From positions 46,117 to 110,116 of IMG/VR virus record IMGVR_UViG_3300036760_000689: 64,000 nt of DNA; one strand, given 5' to 3'. The translations under genes were made by a program, and so were the position numbers. This document shows positions 30,047-39,248 of this stretch, one piece after another (the first letter of the stretch is position 1; every line of letters starts with the position of its first letter). The notes beneath the pieces were generated by a model that saw only the letters and a list, made by a program, of their open reading frames with translations, had not been told where the DNA came from and made no database searches. The DNA is from a virus.

Positions 30047-31228
30047 CTATACGCTGCCGAGAGTTGAGTCAATGTCATGGCTCTGCCAATAGTTGGCACC
30101 ATGCTGGGTAAAGGGGTACCTCGAATACGCCCACTGAAGGTTCTGCATGTAGACGGAATCATCGGCAAAGACAGCCCATTCAAGATCAGACAGGAATTGT
30201 TGCAAAAAACCTGCCGCAACATTGGGATCATAATAGGCGCTCTTCCGATTGTGGATCATGACATCGGCAAGTGCGCCGTGAACCAAGAGATGTGACGGAA
30301 TGCATGGCGGGGGAGTATCCTCATCTTCCGCTAGGTTCGGAATTGTCCGATAGGCAAGATAGGGGAATCCTTGTTCCATGCTCGGTGTCGGGTAGAGTTC
30401 ATACTGCATGCGTCCGATCTCATCCGGGATGTAATCAACCATCATGTAGACCCATCCAGTGGTCTGCCGCCAAGCATCATAGGTATTCAGGACTTCCTGG
30501 GGCATGTTAAGTCTGAGCCGCCAACCCTGGGCCGTATTCAGGACAGACCAGACCATTCTCAGGTTCTGCTCCAGGGTCACGTAAGCTTGGCAGATCTGGT
30601 AGGCAGACAGAGATTGGGAGTTGTGGCCCCAAGGAAGATCGAGCGTTAGGTGCTGATCCGCTGATACCCCGATGATATTGTAGAACGGCCTAGTGGTTCC
30701 AAGACGGAACTGCCGCCTCGACAGGATCGACTTATAGATTGTGGAATGCGCTGCATGCGCAACGGTGGGTTTGGCCTGGAAAGATGAGGAGGTCACGGAA
30801 AGGACTAGAAGATACTCCTGATCTGCCGCCCCGTCACTGATGTTGAGCCAGTCCCCCGCGTTGATCCCAGTCATCGAGTCTGGGGTGATATCCTGATATT
30901 CGCCCGGATAGAGAATCGCGTTTGTAAGATGAGTAGCAATATCCTGGTAGGACCAAGAGGTACCCGTGCCTGTGACGAGCTTTGACCCACGGGTCACGGT
31001 TATTGTGCCAGTCGTGTAAGCTGCTGGAATCGACAGTTCCCCACGCACAAGCAGACCGCCCCACATTCGGCGGTCTTGCACTTGGCGTAGGCGAGTATTG
31101 ATACGCCTCTTCGCTAACTGCGGCGGACAGTCAGGATTGTAACTCAAAACGTGGTCGATCATTTGTCGGAAATTTTCCTGTACCGCTCCGCCCCCTGCCA
31201 TTGGTTGCGTCGGGCCTGTTATTGGCAT
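30047..31228 (-). CDS. Head-tail adaptor with inserted beta domain
   Basis: Helical N-terminus (LAKRRINTRL), YTTGTITVT insertion, ELYPTP...HLLVHGAL C-terminus. Confidence 0.65.
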   Translation of the reverse strand: MPITGPTQPMAGGGAVQENFRQMIDHVLSYNPDCPPQLAKRRINTRLRQVQDRRMWGGLLVRGELSIPAAYTTGTITVTRGSKLVTGTGTSWSYQDIATHLTNAILYPGEYQDITPDSMTGINAGDWLNISDGAADQEYLLVLSVTSSSFQAKPTVAHAAHSTIYKSILSRRQFRLGTTRPFYNIIGVSADQHLTLDLPWGHNSQSLSAYQICQAYVTLEQNLRMVWSVLNTAQGWRLRLNMPQEVLNTYDAWRQTTGWVYMMVDYIPDEIGRMQYELYPTPSMEQGFPYLAYRTIPNLAEDEDTPPPCIPSHLLVHGALADVMIHNRKSAYYDPNVAAGFLQQFLSDLEWAVFADDSVYMQNLQWAYSRYPFTQHGANYWQSHDIDSTLGSV

Positions 31229-31239
31229 ATGGCCCCCGC

Positions 31240-31268
31240 TGGACTTCCTTCGTATGATGATCTACAAT
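31240..31268 (+). promoter_or_regulatory. Sigma70-like promoter in front of the HNH pseudogene
   Basis: TGGACT-17 nt-TACAAT, 7 nt before ATG 31276. Confidence 0.45.
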
Positions 31269-31275
31269 CCACGAT

Positions 31276-31505
31276 ATGGAGAAAACCTGCACAAAATGCC
31301 TTAACTCCTTCCCCATTGAGCACTTTCACCTTAAAGGAAATCTTGACAGGATAAAGAAGGCAGGCCAACAATATCGCAAAACCCACGCCGAGGAAGTTCG
31401 CACGTCGTCCCGCTGTCCCTTGGCGGCGGCAATGGCATTGACAATATCCAGCCCCTCTGTGGAACCTGCAATAGCTCCAAGCAGGCCAAGGCCGTCCGCC
31501 ACTAG
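31276..31505 (+). pseudogene. Internally deleted, frameshifted HNH endonuclease
   Basis: MEKTCTKC... in one frame; HVVPLSLGGGNGIDNIQPLCGTCNSSKQAK* in another. Confidence 0.8.
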
Positions 31506-31567
31506 GCATGATTCCCTCGTGCAAATGCCGGGGCCGCTACAGACCCCGGCCATATTGCGCAGGCTTC

Positions 31568-31816
31568 TTATTTGAAGCCGATAGCCAGAATGCTGGTCGC
31601 GCCGTATGAACCACTGAGAATGAACGTGATGGTTCCCCCACTTACCGTATATCCACCTGTCTGTCCACTGGTTGCGTTGGTGAAACTAACGTGGTCGATG
31701 GCTGACAGTCCGGTAGGGAAGGTATCACCATTGTCGATCGAAGCGGTCTTAGCAACAACCCCATCCCGGCTACCGAGGGACAGATTCTCTTTTAGCGTAG
31801 TTGTGATAACAGGCAT
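31568..31816 (-). CDS. Small head-associated protein (paralog of 32978-33232)
   Basis: NLSLGSRDGVVAK...GYTVSGGTITF...IGFK. Confidence 0.7.
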   Translation of the reverse strand: MPVITTTLKENLSLGSRDGVVAKTASIDNGDTFPTGLSAIDHVSFTNATSGQTGGYTVSGGTITFILSGSYGATSILAIGFK

Positions 31817-31825
31817 TGTCCCCCC

Positions 31826-32380
31826 TTAAAAGGTCATCATGTTGTGCAACAGAACAGCCGCCACGCCGGCAAGATCCTCTTCGAGGGCTACTCCGAATGG
31901 GATCGCCGTCGAGTTGGCATCCGCAGCGTCTCGCCCGAAGGTTAGATCGGTCGTACTATAGATCATAAGATCGCCAACATCGGTGGCACGATCAACCAGA
32001 CAGTCGGCTACACCGCCAACCTGAATCCAGGTATAATGGCCATGCGTAACCGCGCAGCCCAGAATGCCAGCGATCAGATTCCAACCGTTTGTGGCTCCCA
32101 TCCGCAACGCATATGCCGTGCAAACCTCGAATTTGCCCTCATCGGATAAATCGAGTTCATGCCAGTAGACCACACCATTTGCCGCTGCCGCGACAGAAAC
32201 TGCGTCTACCTTGACATAACGATAGACTTGACCCTTGAAACGCAATAACGTTCCGAGAGGTGCCTTCTGAACTGCATCGTTGGTGTTGGCAATGCCTCCA
32301 CCAACGCTCAGATCTGGAGGAACCTCAACGATCTCGTTCGACCCGAAGGTGAACAATCCATCTTTCAATTGAATAGTCAT
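31826..32380 (-). CDS. Capsid decoration / cement protein, paralog 3
   Basis: YRYVK...GHYTWIQVGG. Confidence 0.7.
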   Translation of the reverse strand: MTIQLKDGLFTFGSNEIVEVPPDLSVGGGIANTNDAVQKAPLGTLLRFKGQVYRYVKVDAVSVAAAANGVVYWHELDLSDEGKFEVCTAYALRMGATNGWNLIAGILGCAVTHGHYTWIQVGGVADCLVDRATDVGDLMIYSTTDLTFGRDAADANSTAIPFGVALEEDLAGVAAVLLHNMMTF

Positions 32381-32392
32381 TGTGATTCCTCC

Positions 32393-32962
32393 TTAGAAAC
32401 TCGCCAAAACACCTGGCAGAATCAGTACATAAGACTTGTTGCTGCTCACGGAACTGAGGGCAATGGCGAAAACGACGGACGTAATCTCCGCAGTTGCGCC
32501 TGCGATCCGGTTGAAATACATGGTATCATCAGCCGTACCGATCATCTTGTCTCCAGCCACGGTTGAAGCAGCTACAAACGCATAACCATATCCACCAACC
32601 TGAATCCAGGTGCAGTAACCATCGGTTACTGTGCAGAGTAGCACACCCGCGATGGCATTAAGACCAGCCAAAGCATAGGTGTAGTCTCCAGTTACCGAAA
32701 ACTTTCCCGCCCCTGGATCAAATTGAGTGGTATGCCAAAACATGACAGATCCTAATACCGCTGTGTTCGAGTTCGTCTGTTTTACGAACTTGACGTAGCG
32801 ATATAGTTTGCCCTTATACCGATACAAGGTTCCCAAAGGAACCTTAGCCGTCGCATCATTGGTGTTTGCAATTCCACCGAAGGGGGAAGCGACTAGATCG
32901 GGAGGAATTTCCACCGTCTGAGCATTCCCGAAGGCGGACAAGCCATCACCATAAACAGACAT
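32393..32962 (-). CDS. Capsid decoration / cement protein, paralog 2
   Basis: YRYVK...GYCTWIQVGG. Confidence 0.7.
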   Translation of the reverse strand: MSVYGDGLSAFGNAQTVEIPPDLVASPFGGIANTNDATAKVPLGTLYRYKGKLYRYVKFVKQTNSNTAVLGSVMFWHTTQFDPGAGKFSVTGDYTYALAGLNAIAGVLLCTVTDGYCTWIQVGGYGYAFVAASTVAGDKMIGTADDTMYFNRIAGATAEITSVVFAIALSSVSSNKSYVLILPGVLASF

Positions 32963-32977
32963 AAAGCCTCCTTTAGG

Positions 32978-33232
32978 TCACTTGAAACCGAGAACGAAAA
33001 CGGTGGTGACGCCCAACGTAGCATCGCCACCACCAACCTTGAAGGTGATGATACCGCCTGATACGGTACATCCCACTGTGTGCAATCCGCTGGCATCCAC
33101 GATCTCCACGTGTTCGATGACGCTCATGGGACTTTCCCAGGTGTCGCCTTCGGCAACAGTGGTGAACTTCGCAACGACGCCATCGCGGTTTCCGAGTGAT
33201 AGATTTGCGAGTTGAGTAGGAGTAATTGCCAT
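32978..33232 (-). CDS. Small head-associated protein
   Basis: NLSLGNRDGVVAK...GCTVSGGIITF...LGFK. Confidence 0.7.
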   Translation of the reverse strand: MAITPTQLANLSLGNRDGVVAKFTTVAEGDTWESPMSVIEHVEIVDASGLHTVGCTVSGGIITFKVGGGDATLGVTTVFVLGFK

Positions 33233-33240
33233 GAGTCCTC

Positions 33241-33780
33241 CTACCAATCAAGGTTCTGAAGGAGGACCTTGCCATAGGAATCCGTAACGGACCCCAACTC
33301 GATCATCACGCCGAAGACCATCGCATCTGCGCCAGTAGTGGGAGCTACGGCAGCGAACTTCTTATCCGTCGCGCTGTACTTCATCTTGATGCCCGGAACG
33401 GCTCCCGCCACATAATCCCCAGGCAAGACTGTGAAATCGATGAGAGCACTGGCTACACCGCCAACCTGAATCCAGGTATAGTATCCGTCCGTCACCACGC
33501 AACCGAGGACGCCCGCGACAAGGTTTTTGCCGATGCCATCACTCATGTCAGTAGTAACTGTGAAGACGCCGTTGGCTGGATCGAGGGCATACCAGTGCAC
33601 GACCCCTATGGCAACGGCAGCTACGCCCTGGGCATCAAATTTCACATAGCGCCAGATCTTACCGTTTTCACGATACAAGGCCCCCAAAGGGGCCTTGGCC
33701 GTAGCATGGTTGGCCGTTCCGGGGGAGGACGGAACTTCCGCCGTCTGATCACTGCCAAACAGAAACAATCCGTCAGTCAT
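33241..33780 (-). CDS. Capsid decoration / cement protein, paralog 1
   Basis: WRYVK...GYYTWIQVGG; directly downstream of the capsid gene. Confidence 0.7.
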   Translation of the reverse strand: MTDGLFLFGSDQTAEVPSSPGTANHATAKAPLGALYRENGKIWRYVKFDAQGVAAVAIGVVHWYALDPANGVFTVTTDMSDGIGKNLVAGVLGCVVTDGYYTWIQVGGVASALIDFTVLPGDYVAGAVPGIKMKYSATDKKFAAVAPTTGADAMVFGVMIELGSVTDSYGKVLLQNLDW

Positions 33781-33791
33781 GGATGCCCCCC

Positions 33792-34516
33792 TTATGAGGT
33801 GATGGCACTGAACATGAAGAATAAGCGCGGTGCCGGGAATAACAGGTTTCCTGCGAACAGATACTGCCCCGCCACGTCATCCGTGTTCTGCGCCTCTTTG
33901 AAACCCGTGAACCCGAACTGATATTTGGGAAGGGTCGAGATCCAGAACTGGATGTACTTCGTGTTGAGGCCGAAGATAAAATTTGCTGGGCAATACTGAT
34001 CGACGCAGACGGACGCGCCATTCCAACGCAAACTCTGGAATCCGATCTTCGCCACATCGGTTGATTCTTCCATGTATCTCTGTTGCGGCAGAATCTTGTT
34101 CCAGATGATGTTCCAGAGCGTTTGAGTGGTGACGATCAGGTCGACATGTTCGTTGCCGAACCAAGCAGCACCATAGGCGGTCTGAAATGCGGCCATCGTA
34201 AAGACTGTAGTCGAGGCATTGGAATAACCGTTGATGCCGGCATTGTTGGTGCCGTTAGCTACGCCGAGGTCAGTACGAGTAATACCGCCATATGAGGTAA
34301 ACCCTAAGGCGGTGCCATTATCCAACGCCTGCTGCATCCCATCGAGATTGATGGTTCCAGAGGTAACGCCAGTACCATCAAGGAAGATGTCGGTTCCCAG
34401 CAGTTTTGCCATCTTACCGCTGGCATTCACCATCTTGGATTCGACGTAATTCATCGCAGCCTCGGGGCCACGAGCCAGCACGTTGTCGGTACCGAAGAGG
34501 GTGACGTTCACGTAGT
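33792..34516 (-). CDS. Major capsid protein, exon 2
   Basis: YVNVTLFG...DIFLDGTG...YGGITR...GFQSLRWNGASVCVDQYCP, HK97-fold capsid motifs. Confidence 0.85.
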
Positions 34517-34559
34517 CAGTTATGTTATCGAGCGGTTCTTTATCCGCTCTTCAGCGCGG

Positions 34560-35195
34560 TTACTGGATGCTGCGGGAAATCGCGCTGCTCAGACTATCTC
34601 TTCCCTTTCGGGCCGGGGTCTCTTGGAGAGGATTATCGTTGGGACTCACCTCTCTAGTCGTTACACCTTCCGCAGAACCTTTGCCCTCTGCGGCTTGGCT
34701 CGGCATTGTCTCTCCCGTTGAGAGTTCCACCGATTTCACCCGGTTTGTTCTAAACGCTTGGGCATCCTTATGGTTTAGGAATTGAGTCTTCTGGCAGAGA
34801 GTTATCCGTTGTGCGAATACTTCATCGCTAACAGGCTCGTGGCCACCCTTCTCATACCTCTTGCCGATCTTCTTGCTTGATCGGTTCAACTTTTCTAATT
34901 CCAATACCGTGAACCCCTGTTCCTGTTTGATCCTCAGATAAGGAGATAGCATCTTTGCTGCGGCAATGGATGATCGTGGGGAAAGTTGCAAAGTGTGAAC
35001 CATGGATGTATTGGGCGGAGTGATCGCCCCGCCAACGATATCTCGAATTTCGTACAGTACCCCAAGATTCTGCGAATAGAAGTTGATCTTCGCATAATAT
35101 TCATCTCGGGTCCTGTTGGGACGCCGGGAGTGAACTATCGAGATGCTTCCGTCGCAATCCAGAAATGCTGCAACGTATTCGAGCGCCAAACGCAT
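34560..35195 (-). CDS. Intron-encoded LAGLIDADG homing endonuclease
   Basis: YVAAFLDCDGSI...PYLRIKQEQ; C-terminus overlaps the ribozyme core. Confidence 0.88.
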   Translation of the reverse strand: MRLALEYVAAFLDCDGSISIVHSRRPNRTRDEYYAKINFYSQNLGVLYEIRDIVGGAITPPNTSMVHTLQLSPRSSIAAAKMLSPYLRIKQEQGFTVLELEKLNRSSKKIGKRYEKGGHEPVSDEVFAQRITLCQKTQFLNHKDAQAFRTNRVKSVELSTGETMPSQAAEGKGSAEGVTTREVSPNDNPLQETPARKGRDSLSSAISRSIQ

Positions 35196-35221
35196 AGAGT
35201 ACCTTCTAAGCAGCTACCGGC

Positions 35222-35230
35222 ATTATACCA
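35222..35230 (-). promoter_or_regulatory. Extended -10 promoter inside the intron, for the endonuclease
   Basis: TGGTATAAT, followed by AGAAGGT Shine-Dalgarno and ATG at 35195. Confidence 0.55.
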
Positions 35231-35258
35231 CAATCCAGACCGAATAGCCGCACTAAGT

Positions 35259-35511
35259 ACTTCGGCACGACCTCAAGAGCCGTGTCCGTCTGTACGTAGG
35301 TAATATTGAACGTCCCCCCACGCTGGAAAGCCCCGCCGTTCAGCTCGGCAAATGCGATGGGGTGCCGGATGGAAGTTCCACCCTCAAACCGCTCCGCGTT
35401 GCGAGTCCGAAGACGAGTGAAGACGGGAGAGCTTTTATACACATTATCCACAAGTCTCGGGATTATGTGTTTATTGACCTTTCCCGTTATGTCATCCCAA
35501 GTGAGAGCCAT
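35259..35511 (-). CDS. Major capsid protein, exon 1
   Basis: Strong GGAGGT Shine-Dalgarno; MALTWDDI...VDNVYKSSPVF...GGTSIRHPI. Confidence 0.85.
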
Positions 35512-35731
35512 AACTAATTTAACCTCCTGAGTTTACTGGTAAGTTGAAGATAGAAACAAACATTGCAAATGCTCCATTGGCTCTTACCCAATTGGCACTC
35601 ACCTCTGCTTGTCTCACCTTCCAACTTTCGGTTCTGCCTTTGCGGGGCTTCCGATCGCCGGCTCGGGTAACGCTTCTGGTTTGTGCTACAGGAACGGGGC
35701 CGGAATGAGCCAAGACCGATCCCGTCCGTTA

Positions 35732-36583
35732 TCAGGACTTACCTTCCGCGCGAAATTCCTGCGCAATGAGGCCAGCTAATCTGCCTGAACCATCGGCCTG
35801 AACATCATCAGGAATGCCCGAATCCTTCTTTTGAAGTCGTTGCTGCAAGGGGCCAAGCACTGGTTCCCCCCCGCCTGCTGCGTATGGAGTGTTATCGTTT
35901 TTGTGTTTTTCATCCCATCGCTTTTGCACGTCGGCTTCGATTGTTTCTCTGAGTTTCTTTTCTCGCGACTCCTTGGTCAAAAATTCGTAGGCGGCAGACA
36001 AATCCCCGCCGCGCTTTTGTGCCTCATCGAGGAGTGCTTGCCTCGGGAGTTCAATGCCGAAATCGGCTCGATGTCTTGACTGGAGATCGATGATGTCAAG
36101 AACGGCTGCGCCCAGTGCATCTCCACGCCGATTTACATCATCGGCAGTGAGAAGTTTGCCATCCTTGAGCATTGTTTGAAATTCGGTGACGGTGGTCGCG
36201 ACCGCCTCGAGTTGCAACTTCGTGGCTGCAACTTCCTCGCGCGCTACACGAAGTTGCCGTTGAAGTGCGGCTTGATCATCTGGGGATTCAAGATCATTAG
36301 GGTGATCTTCCCTGGTTTCGAGGGCTGCAAGCCGCTCTTTTGCCTCACGAGCCTCTTTCTGCATAGCCTCATATTGCGGTTTGGCCGTGTCGAACCATTC
36401 CCGATTTTTCCGGTGGATAACCTCGGCCTCCTTATTCCTCTTGTCGAGGTCATTCATCTTGCGCGAGAATTCATCTTGCCGCAAACTACCCTCTTGGAGG
36501 GCACTTAATTCTTTCCTTCTCGCTTCTCGTTCGGCCTCTGGTACATATCCCAGGAGCTTTTCGAGTTCCGCTGAGAGTGGCAT
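35732..36583 (-). CDS. Capsid scaffolding protein
   Basis: Acidic coiled coil with LRQDEFSRKM motif, directly upstream of the capsid gene. Confidence 0.75.
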   Translation of the reverse strand: MPLSAELEKLLGYVPEAEREARRKELSALQEGSLRQDEFSRKMNDLDKRNKEAEVIHRKNREWFDTAKPQYEAMQKEAREAKERLAALETREDHPNDLESPDDQAALQRQLRVAREEVAATKLQLEAVATTVTEFQTMLKDGKLLTADDVNRRGDALGAAVLDIIDLQSRHRADFGIELPRQALLDEAQKRGGDLSAAYEFLTKESREKKLRETIEADVQKRWDEKHKNDNTPYAAGGGEPVLGPLQQRLQKKDSGIPDDVQADGSGRLAGLIAQEFRAEGKS

Positions 36584-36659
36584 GTTATTTCAACATTTCT
36601 CTCACCCCAAAGTAATAGCAACTCCGATGTCCATCAGCATCCAACGGTTGGATTGACGG

Positions 36660-37064
36660 CTACCCCAAAGGTGGCATTCCCCCTCCGCCAGGTGCTGGGG
36701 TCGATCCGGGAGGCATCCCTCCCGCTGGCCCTGCTTCCATGGCTTCAGGTCTTCCTACCTGTGGGGCAGTGCTGACGGCTGACACTCCAGTATCAAGATT
36801 ACTGATCGCTTTCTGAGCAAACGGGGCAAAGACTGGCTCCGCGCCAGCTATCTGTTGGAGAACCCGTTTTACAGCTTCTACCTGAGCCAGCAGAAATCCA
36901 TGCGGATTGGGAATCCCCACACCGCCCGCCGGCCCTTGGGCCGCGTTTCTCTGAACGATCGCTGAGAGACCACCGCCCGGAGGCGGGGTTTGCTGGGGCA
37001 TCCCCATTTGCGATTGGATATCTGGAGATGGCAAAGGTGGTCTGTCCATTCCAGGTATCGGCAT
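36660..37064 (-). CDS. Pro/Gly-rich head-morphogenesis protein
   Basis: GGAG Shine-Dalgarno, composition, position between portal and scaffold. Confidence 0.55.
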   Translation of the reverse strand: MPIPGMDRPPLPSPDIQSQMGMPQQTPPPGGGLSAIVQRNAAQGPAGGVGIPNPHGFLLAQVEAVKRVLQQIAGAEPVFAPFAQKAISNLDTGVSAVSTAPQVGRPEAMEAGPAGGMPPGSTPAPGGGGMPPLG

Positions 37065-37238
37065 CTAGGACTCCTTCCCCTTCTTCCCAGACTCGGTTTT
37101 CTGGTTCACGCTCTTCGGCTCCTGACTTAGGGGCGCGAAGGTTGCGGGACTCTGGATTCCAGCAGGCTGGGTGTTATCACCGTGGCCCTCATAAATTTGT
37201 CCGGGTACGATTTCGTTTCCTTCATCCTTCTTGGCCAT
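37065..37238 (-). CDS. 57-aa hypothetical protein (below the ORF-track cut-off)
   Basis: AGGAG Shine-Dalgarno, MAKKDEGNEIVPGQ... Confidence 0.5.
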   Translation of the reverse strand: MAKKDEGNEIVPGQIYEGHGDNTQPAGIQSPATFAPLSQEPKSVNQKTESGKKGKES

Positions 37239-37279
37239 ACCATTCTCCTTTGAAAATACTCAGTTGCAGCTCCCGACTC

Positions 37280-37444
37280 TTAGCGGCGTCCCGATGCTCT
37301 GGGGGCCTTGCGATCCTTCTTGGCACGATACTTCGAAAGCTCCCCGGCCTGATCCTTGGCCTCGGCTTTCAGTGCGCGTTTACCTCCTGACCTCAGGACT
37401 TTCACTAATTTTTCATGTTCCTGCACCGCATCCTTCTTGGTCAT
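37280..37444 (-). CDS. 54-aa basic protein (below the ORF-track cut-off)
   Basis: MTKKDAVQEHEKLVKVLRSG...RKAPRASGRR*. Confidence 0.6.
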   Translation of the reverse strand: MTKKDAVQEHEKLVKVLRSGGKRALKAEAKDQAGELSKYRAKKDRKAPRASGRR

Positions 37445-37462
37445 GCAGATATTAGGCATTGC

Positions 37463-37684
37463 CTACCTTCTACTGGATCCCCTGGTGGCCTTGCGTCCAG
37501 ATCGTTTCGTCTTTCTCGATGCTCCCGCTTCCGAGAGTGCGATCGCTATTGCCTGTTTTCGGTTCTCTACGGTGGGGCCTGTCTTGCTGCCGGAATGAAG
37601 CGCACCATGTTTGAACTTTGACATTTCCTCGTGGATGCGTTCCTGTTTAGCTCCCTTGCTGGCATTTCTCGCAAGTTTAGGCAC
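37463..37684 (-). CDS. DUF6496-like small basic protein
   Basis: EFK-like MSKFKHGALHSGSKTGPTVENRKQAIAIALSEAG. Confidence 0.75.
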   Translation of the reverse strand: MPKLARNASKGAKQERIHEEMSKFKHGALHSGSKTGPTVENRKQAIAIALSEAGASRKTKRSGRKATRGSSRR

Positions 37685-37988
37685 GGCCTATATTCCTTGC
37701 AGCCGTTCTTCGTCCCTGACGGGCCTTGCCGCGCGGCTGCGGTTTGCGGCCTTCGTTGTTGCCCTCCAGCTGGTCAAGCATGCTGGATTTCCAACGCAGA
37801 TGATCGATGGCTTTCGAATGTCTTCCTGAGTCCTTCCGAAGTTCGGCGTAATCCTCGATCCGACGCGCATCATCCTTGACCTGGTATTCCTCTTCGCGCT
37901 TCTGGGCTGCGGCCGTATCCATCGACGGCCCAATCGGTACCGCCATCGACATCCTGGGGGCTTTCATCTTCGATTTTCTCTTCGCCAT
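37677..37988 (-). CDS. Small basic protein
   Basis: AGGAG Shine-Dalgarno, Lys/Arg-rich termini. Confidence 0.6.
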   Translation of the reverse strand: MAKRKSKMKAPRMSMAVPIGPSMDTAAAQKREEEYQVKDDARRIEDYAELRKDSGRHSKAIDHLRWKSSMLDQLEGNNEGRKPQPRGKARQGRRTAARNIGRA

Positions 37989-38070
37989 AAGCTCTCCTGG
38001 GCAACGCGGTCAGTCCAGCGGGTGAGTGCTCAACTTCCCGCGTTGCCACATCGGGAGTTTGCCGTCACTC

Positions 38071-38094
38071 ACAGCCTAGCATTACCTTGTCAAG
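38071..38094 (-). promoter_or_regulatory. Candidate phage promoter motif, copy 1
   Basis: CTTGACAAggtaaTGcTAGGCTGT. Confidence 0.5.
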
Positions 38095-38103
38095 CCCCCC
38101 CCC

Positions 38104-38487
38104 CTAACTTCGACGACCTGAACGGGATGATTTTCTGGGCTTTTTCCTGGCCACGGCTTCTCCTTTATGGAGTTCGGCCTGTCCGGTCTTTCTGACTAGA
38201 CCGCCCCTTTTATACTGGGGTACGTTTCCAGGTACTTTGCTCGTGCCGGCTGTCATCGCCCTCGTTTCCCTTCGCAACAGTTCCATGCCCATCTTTCGGG
38301 CACTTAATTCGTTCTGGGAAAGCAACTTCGAGTAATCATCACCCAGAGGCATTGGATGCTTGATCTGGCCGATAATATTACGCTCAGAGTGATAGTTCCT
38401 GAATTCCTGGAGTTTCCTGTCGGCATATTGGAGCCAGTCCTTGGATTTTCCAGTCTTAGGAAGGGTTTCGCCTTCAGGCATGGTCAC
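38104..38487 (-). CDS. Small basic protein
   Basis: YKRGGLVRKTGQAELHKGE motif; basic tail. Confidence 0.6.
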   Translation of the reverse strand: MTMPEGETLPKTGKSKDWLQYADRKLQEFRNYHSERNIIGQIKHPMPLGDDYSKLLSQNELSARKMGMELLRRETRAMTAGTSKVPGNVPQYKRGGLVRKTGQAELHKGEAVARKKPRKSSRSGRRS

Positions 38488-38684
38488 CTCCGCGATCCAC
38501 CACGAGCCTTCTTGCGGCCCAATTTACGCAAAGTCATGGCCAATCTGGCCCGACGCCCCACCTTACCCCCTGCGCCTTTCTTTTCCTGGGCATATTCCGC
38601 CACAGATTTCCCCGCCGCTTTGGCGGAAGCAGTGAAACTGCCGGGTTTCTTAATGGCCGAAGCTATCCAACGTTTTTCAGACAT
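38484..38684 (-). CDS. Small basic phage protein
   Basis: WIASAIKKPGSF...GRRARLAMTLRKL. Confidence 0.65.
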   Translation of the reverse strand: MSEKRWIASAIKKPGSFTASAKAAGKSVAEYAQEKKGAGGKVGRRARLAMTLRKLGRKKARGGSRR

Positions 38685-38768
38685 TCTATTGCCTCCTGTC
38701 TCTTGGGACCCCTTATATTAAGATCTCTCAGTTTGAATGCTAATTCCTCTGCCTGCCATTTTCTCCTC

Positions 38769-39095
38769 CTAACTGATTAAAATAGCTCCCGTAACACCAT
38801 CTCCGCCGTTGTCGGCATCGATGTAAACACAAGACATATCCGTGCCGTTGAGTTCGATCCCAATACCTGCAGAGAACGAAGGTTGCGATGCTGAGAGAAT
38901 GCACAGGATCTTGGTCAAGTTGATACGATCATCTATTGGAGATAGAGATACATACACGTCTCCGACGTTGCTCTTTAACCTCTGGAGAGCATAACCATGC
39001 ACATAAAACGGAGCCGTGGGATCGGCACGGTTTTTTGTTGCCCTCTGGGGTTGGCCCGGAATGGCTACTACGATTTTCCCGAGCGAATCTTGCAT
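38769..39095 (-). CDS. Small beta-sandwich virion protein
   Basis: LQRLKSNVGDVYV...DMSCVYIDADNGGDGV. Confidence 0.55.
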   Translation of the reverse strand: MQDSLGKIVVAIPGQPQRATKNRADPTAPFYVHGYALQRLKSNVGDVYVSLSPIDDRINLTKILCILSASQPSFSAGIGIELNGTDMSCVYIDADNGGDGVTGAILIS

Positions 39096-39248
39096 ATTAC
39101 AGTCCTTATCGCTGCGGACAAAAGCCGGTACATTTTACGATTCCAAGTTTTCAACCTGCGCCAGATCGACGGATGGCCGACGAAGGGGATGTGGTAGATC
39201 GCACCTCCCTGTTGCCTGGTGGACATGTCCTCTCCGCCAAGATGAGGG

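Larger units (their letters stand above)
34517..35258 (-). mobile_element. Group I self-splicing intron in the major capsid gene
   Basis: Exon 1 ends in U and the intron ends in G (ATAACTG). Core elements AATCGGTGGAACTC..GACAATGCCGAGCCAAGC, GTAACGACTAGA and GATAGTCTGA are present. Splicing restores the frame (about 325 aa). The 5' site could alternatively be 3 nt further (exon ending at 35256). Confidence 0.88.

Noticed and set aside
38020-38066. c-di-GMP-I riboswitch suggested by GGCAAAC
   Set aside because: The GNRA loop, GCAAAGC junction and receptor stem are missing.
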